Positions 62,612 to 64,000 of a stretch of DNA of 64,000 nucleotides are shown here, piece by piece. Below the pieces are notes generated by a model, which searched no databases, was not told the DNA's origin, and saw only the letters and a program-made list of their open reading frames with translations. The position numbers were made by a program, and so were the translations under genes. The stretch covers positions 5,630,066 through 5,694,065 of the forward strand of contig OZ316896.1 of assembly GCA_973895155.1 (NCBI GenBank), in the 5' to 3' direction. The stretch comes from Marsupella aquatica (taxonomy: Eukaryota > Plantae > Marchantiophyta). Within the stretch, counting starts at the first letter, position 1, and the number at the start of each line of letters is the position of its first letter.

Positions 62612-64000
62612 GTGCTATTGCTGTGCTGCTCCCTATATGCTTTTTCCTTCCTTCCTTCGCGTTGACTCAAATCCAAATCACGAAAAAATGTCGTTTTTCG
62701 CAACTTTCCAAAAAACTTGAAACTTGTCACCGCCACTTAGCCCACCAACCTAGCAAGCCAACGCTGAAATCCAAAATCGAAACCGAGTTCCGACGAAAAA
62801 CTTTTTCACATTTCGGTCGGGGTGGGTAAAACTCAAAAATTCTCCCCCGTTTTGACCACCTCGGGGAATAAGAAAAATTCCAAGTACCACCCGTCGTCGG
62901 AAATGGAAATCGAGTGGTGCACCGCGTTGCTAGCTTCAGTGGCTACGTTCTCGCCAAAAAAGATCCGATAAAAGTTACCGTTCGGACCTTGGAATCTTCG
63001 ACTAAAGGCCAAAAAACAGCTCTCTGTTTTTTCAGAATATTCCTTGGACTGTGCAACAGGTCTCACAGGGGGCCGTTCCCCCTGTCCAAGCGGTTAATTT
63101 GGTGGGTCACCGGGCCTGGGATGCCGCTTAACCAATGAGGAGCCTGGAAAGGATTAAAAAACGGGCCTAAGGGGGTTTAAGCCCCTTAACACAAAAATAC
63201 TGTCTTAAAAAAGGCACATCCGCGTCGTATAGGCGATGCGTGACGGGCCAGGCAGTGCACAGGGGGCCGGAGAGTCAAAAACCGAGTTAAAATGGGCAGG
63301 GATGGAGCTGTGACGGCCGGGACGTCCGGGATGGCCGCGACGGCCGTGATGGTCGGGACGTCTGTGCCGGCTGCGACGTCCGCGCCGGCCGCGACATCTG
63401 GGACGGCCGGGACGTCTGGGACGTCCGTGCCGGCTGCGACGTCCGCGCCGGCCAGGACGTCCGCGACGTCCGCGATGGGAGTATTAGCAAGGAGGAGGAG
63501 GGGGTCGCCAACGGGGTATTGACAGGGGTGCAAGGGTCGGGAGGGTGTGTATACACACCACCAAAAAGGCCCTATTCTAAGGCAAAATGTGCACAAAAAA
63601 ATTTTTGTTGGGTTACTCACACTGCCGTTATCACTTTACACCAAATAAAGACTAGTTGTCAACGGGAAATGTTACCGAATTGCACCGGCACCGTTTGCAA
63701 CTTTAGCAGAGTAAAAAATTCCCGTCACGACTCCTCCACTTCGCGTCAAGTGTCAATCTTGGACTCAAAACGACCACTGCACCGCGATCTCTCCGTTGAG
63801 CCGTTGCACTTCCCGTTTCTTCCTTTGAGTCGAACGCAACGACAAGAAACCCCGCTTCAGTCAAAAGAAGACTCCATAGCCAGTCAGAAACTCAGAACGG
63901 CTCTTTTGCTTGGTACATCGCACTCACTACACCCTCGATAGCAAACCAGCTACCAAAATGATCAGCTTTGCCCGATCTACGATTTGAGCTAAAGGTTGTG

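Larger units (their letters stand above)
57922..64000 (-). mobile_element. Ty1/copia retrotransposon (family B); the 5' LTR lies outside the window
   Basis: 3' LTR, PPT, near-complete gag and pol, and a long 5' leader homologous to that of copia A. Confidence 0.95.

Overview
This is eukaryotic, intron-containing, transposon-rich DNA, most likely from a land plant; a non-angiosperm such as a liverwort is only a guess. Two host genes are intact: a 5-exon MDR/quinone-oxidoreductase-like gene (19946-22258) and a 3-exon AVT1-like amino acid transporter (23908-26140). The right 60% is a run of elements with definable ends. (1) A 9.9-kb hAT element (27748-37689, 8-bp TSD) carries a decayed protein kinase gene and a decayed coiled-coil/RING-H2 gene convergent with its transposase. 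(2) A full-length Ty1/copia (38863-45610, TSD GGCTC). (3) A 9.7-kb P-superfamily-like DNA transposon (45680-55342, CATG...CATG TIRs) carries an intact stand-alone EDM2-type composite PHD module and a second PHD-like ORF upstream of a THAP-less P-type transposase. (4) A non-autonomous CACTA element (55561-57243). (5) A second copia running off the window. The most notable observations are the chromatin-reader-loaded P-like element, the kinase+RING hAT element with mirrored upstream modules, and an in-frame TGA between gag and pol conserved in both copia families. All family assignments come from motif recognition by eye; no searches were run.
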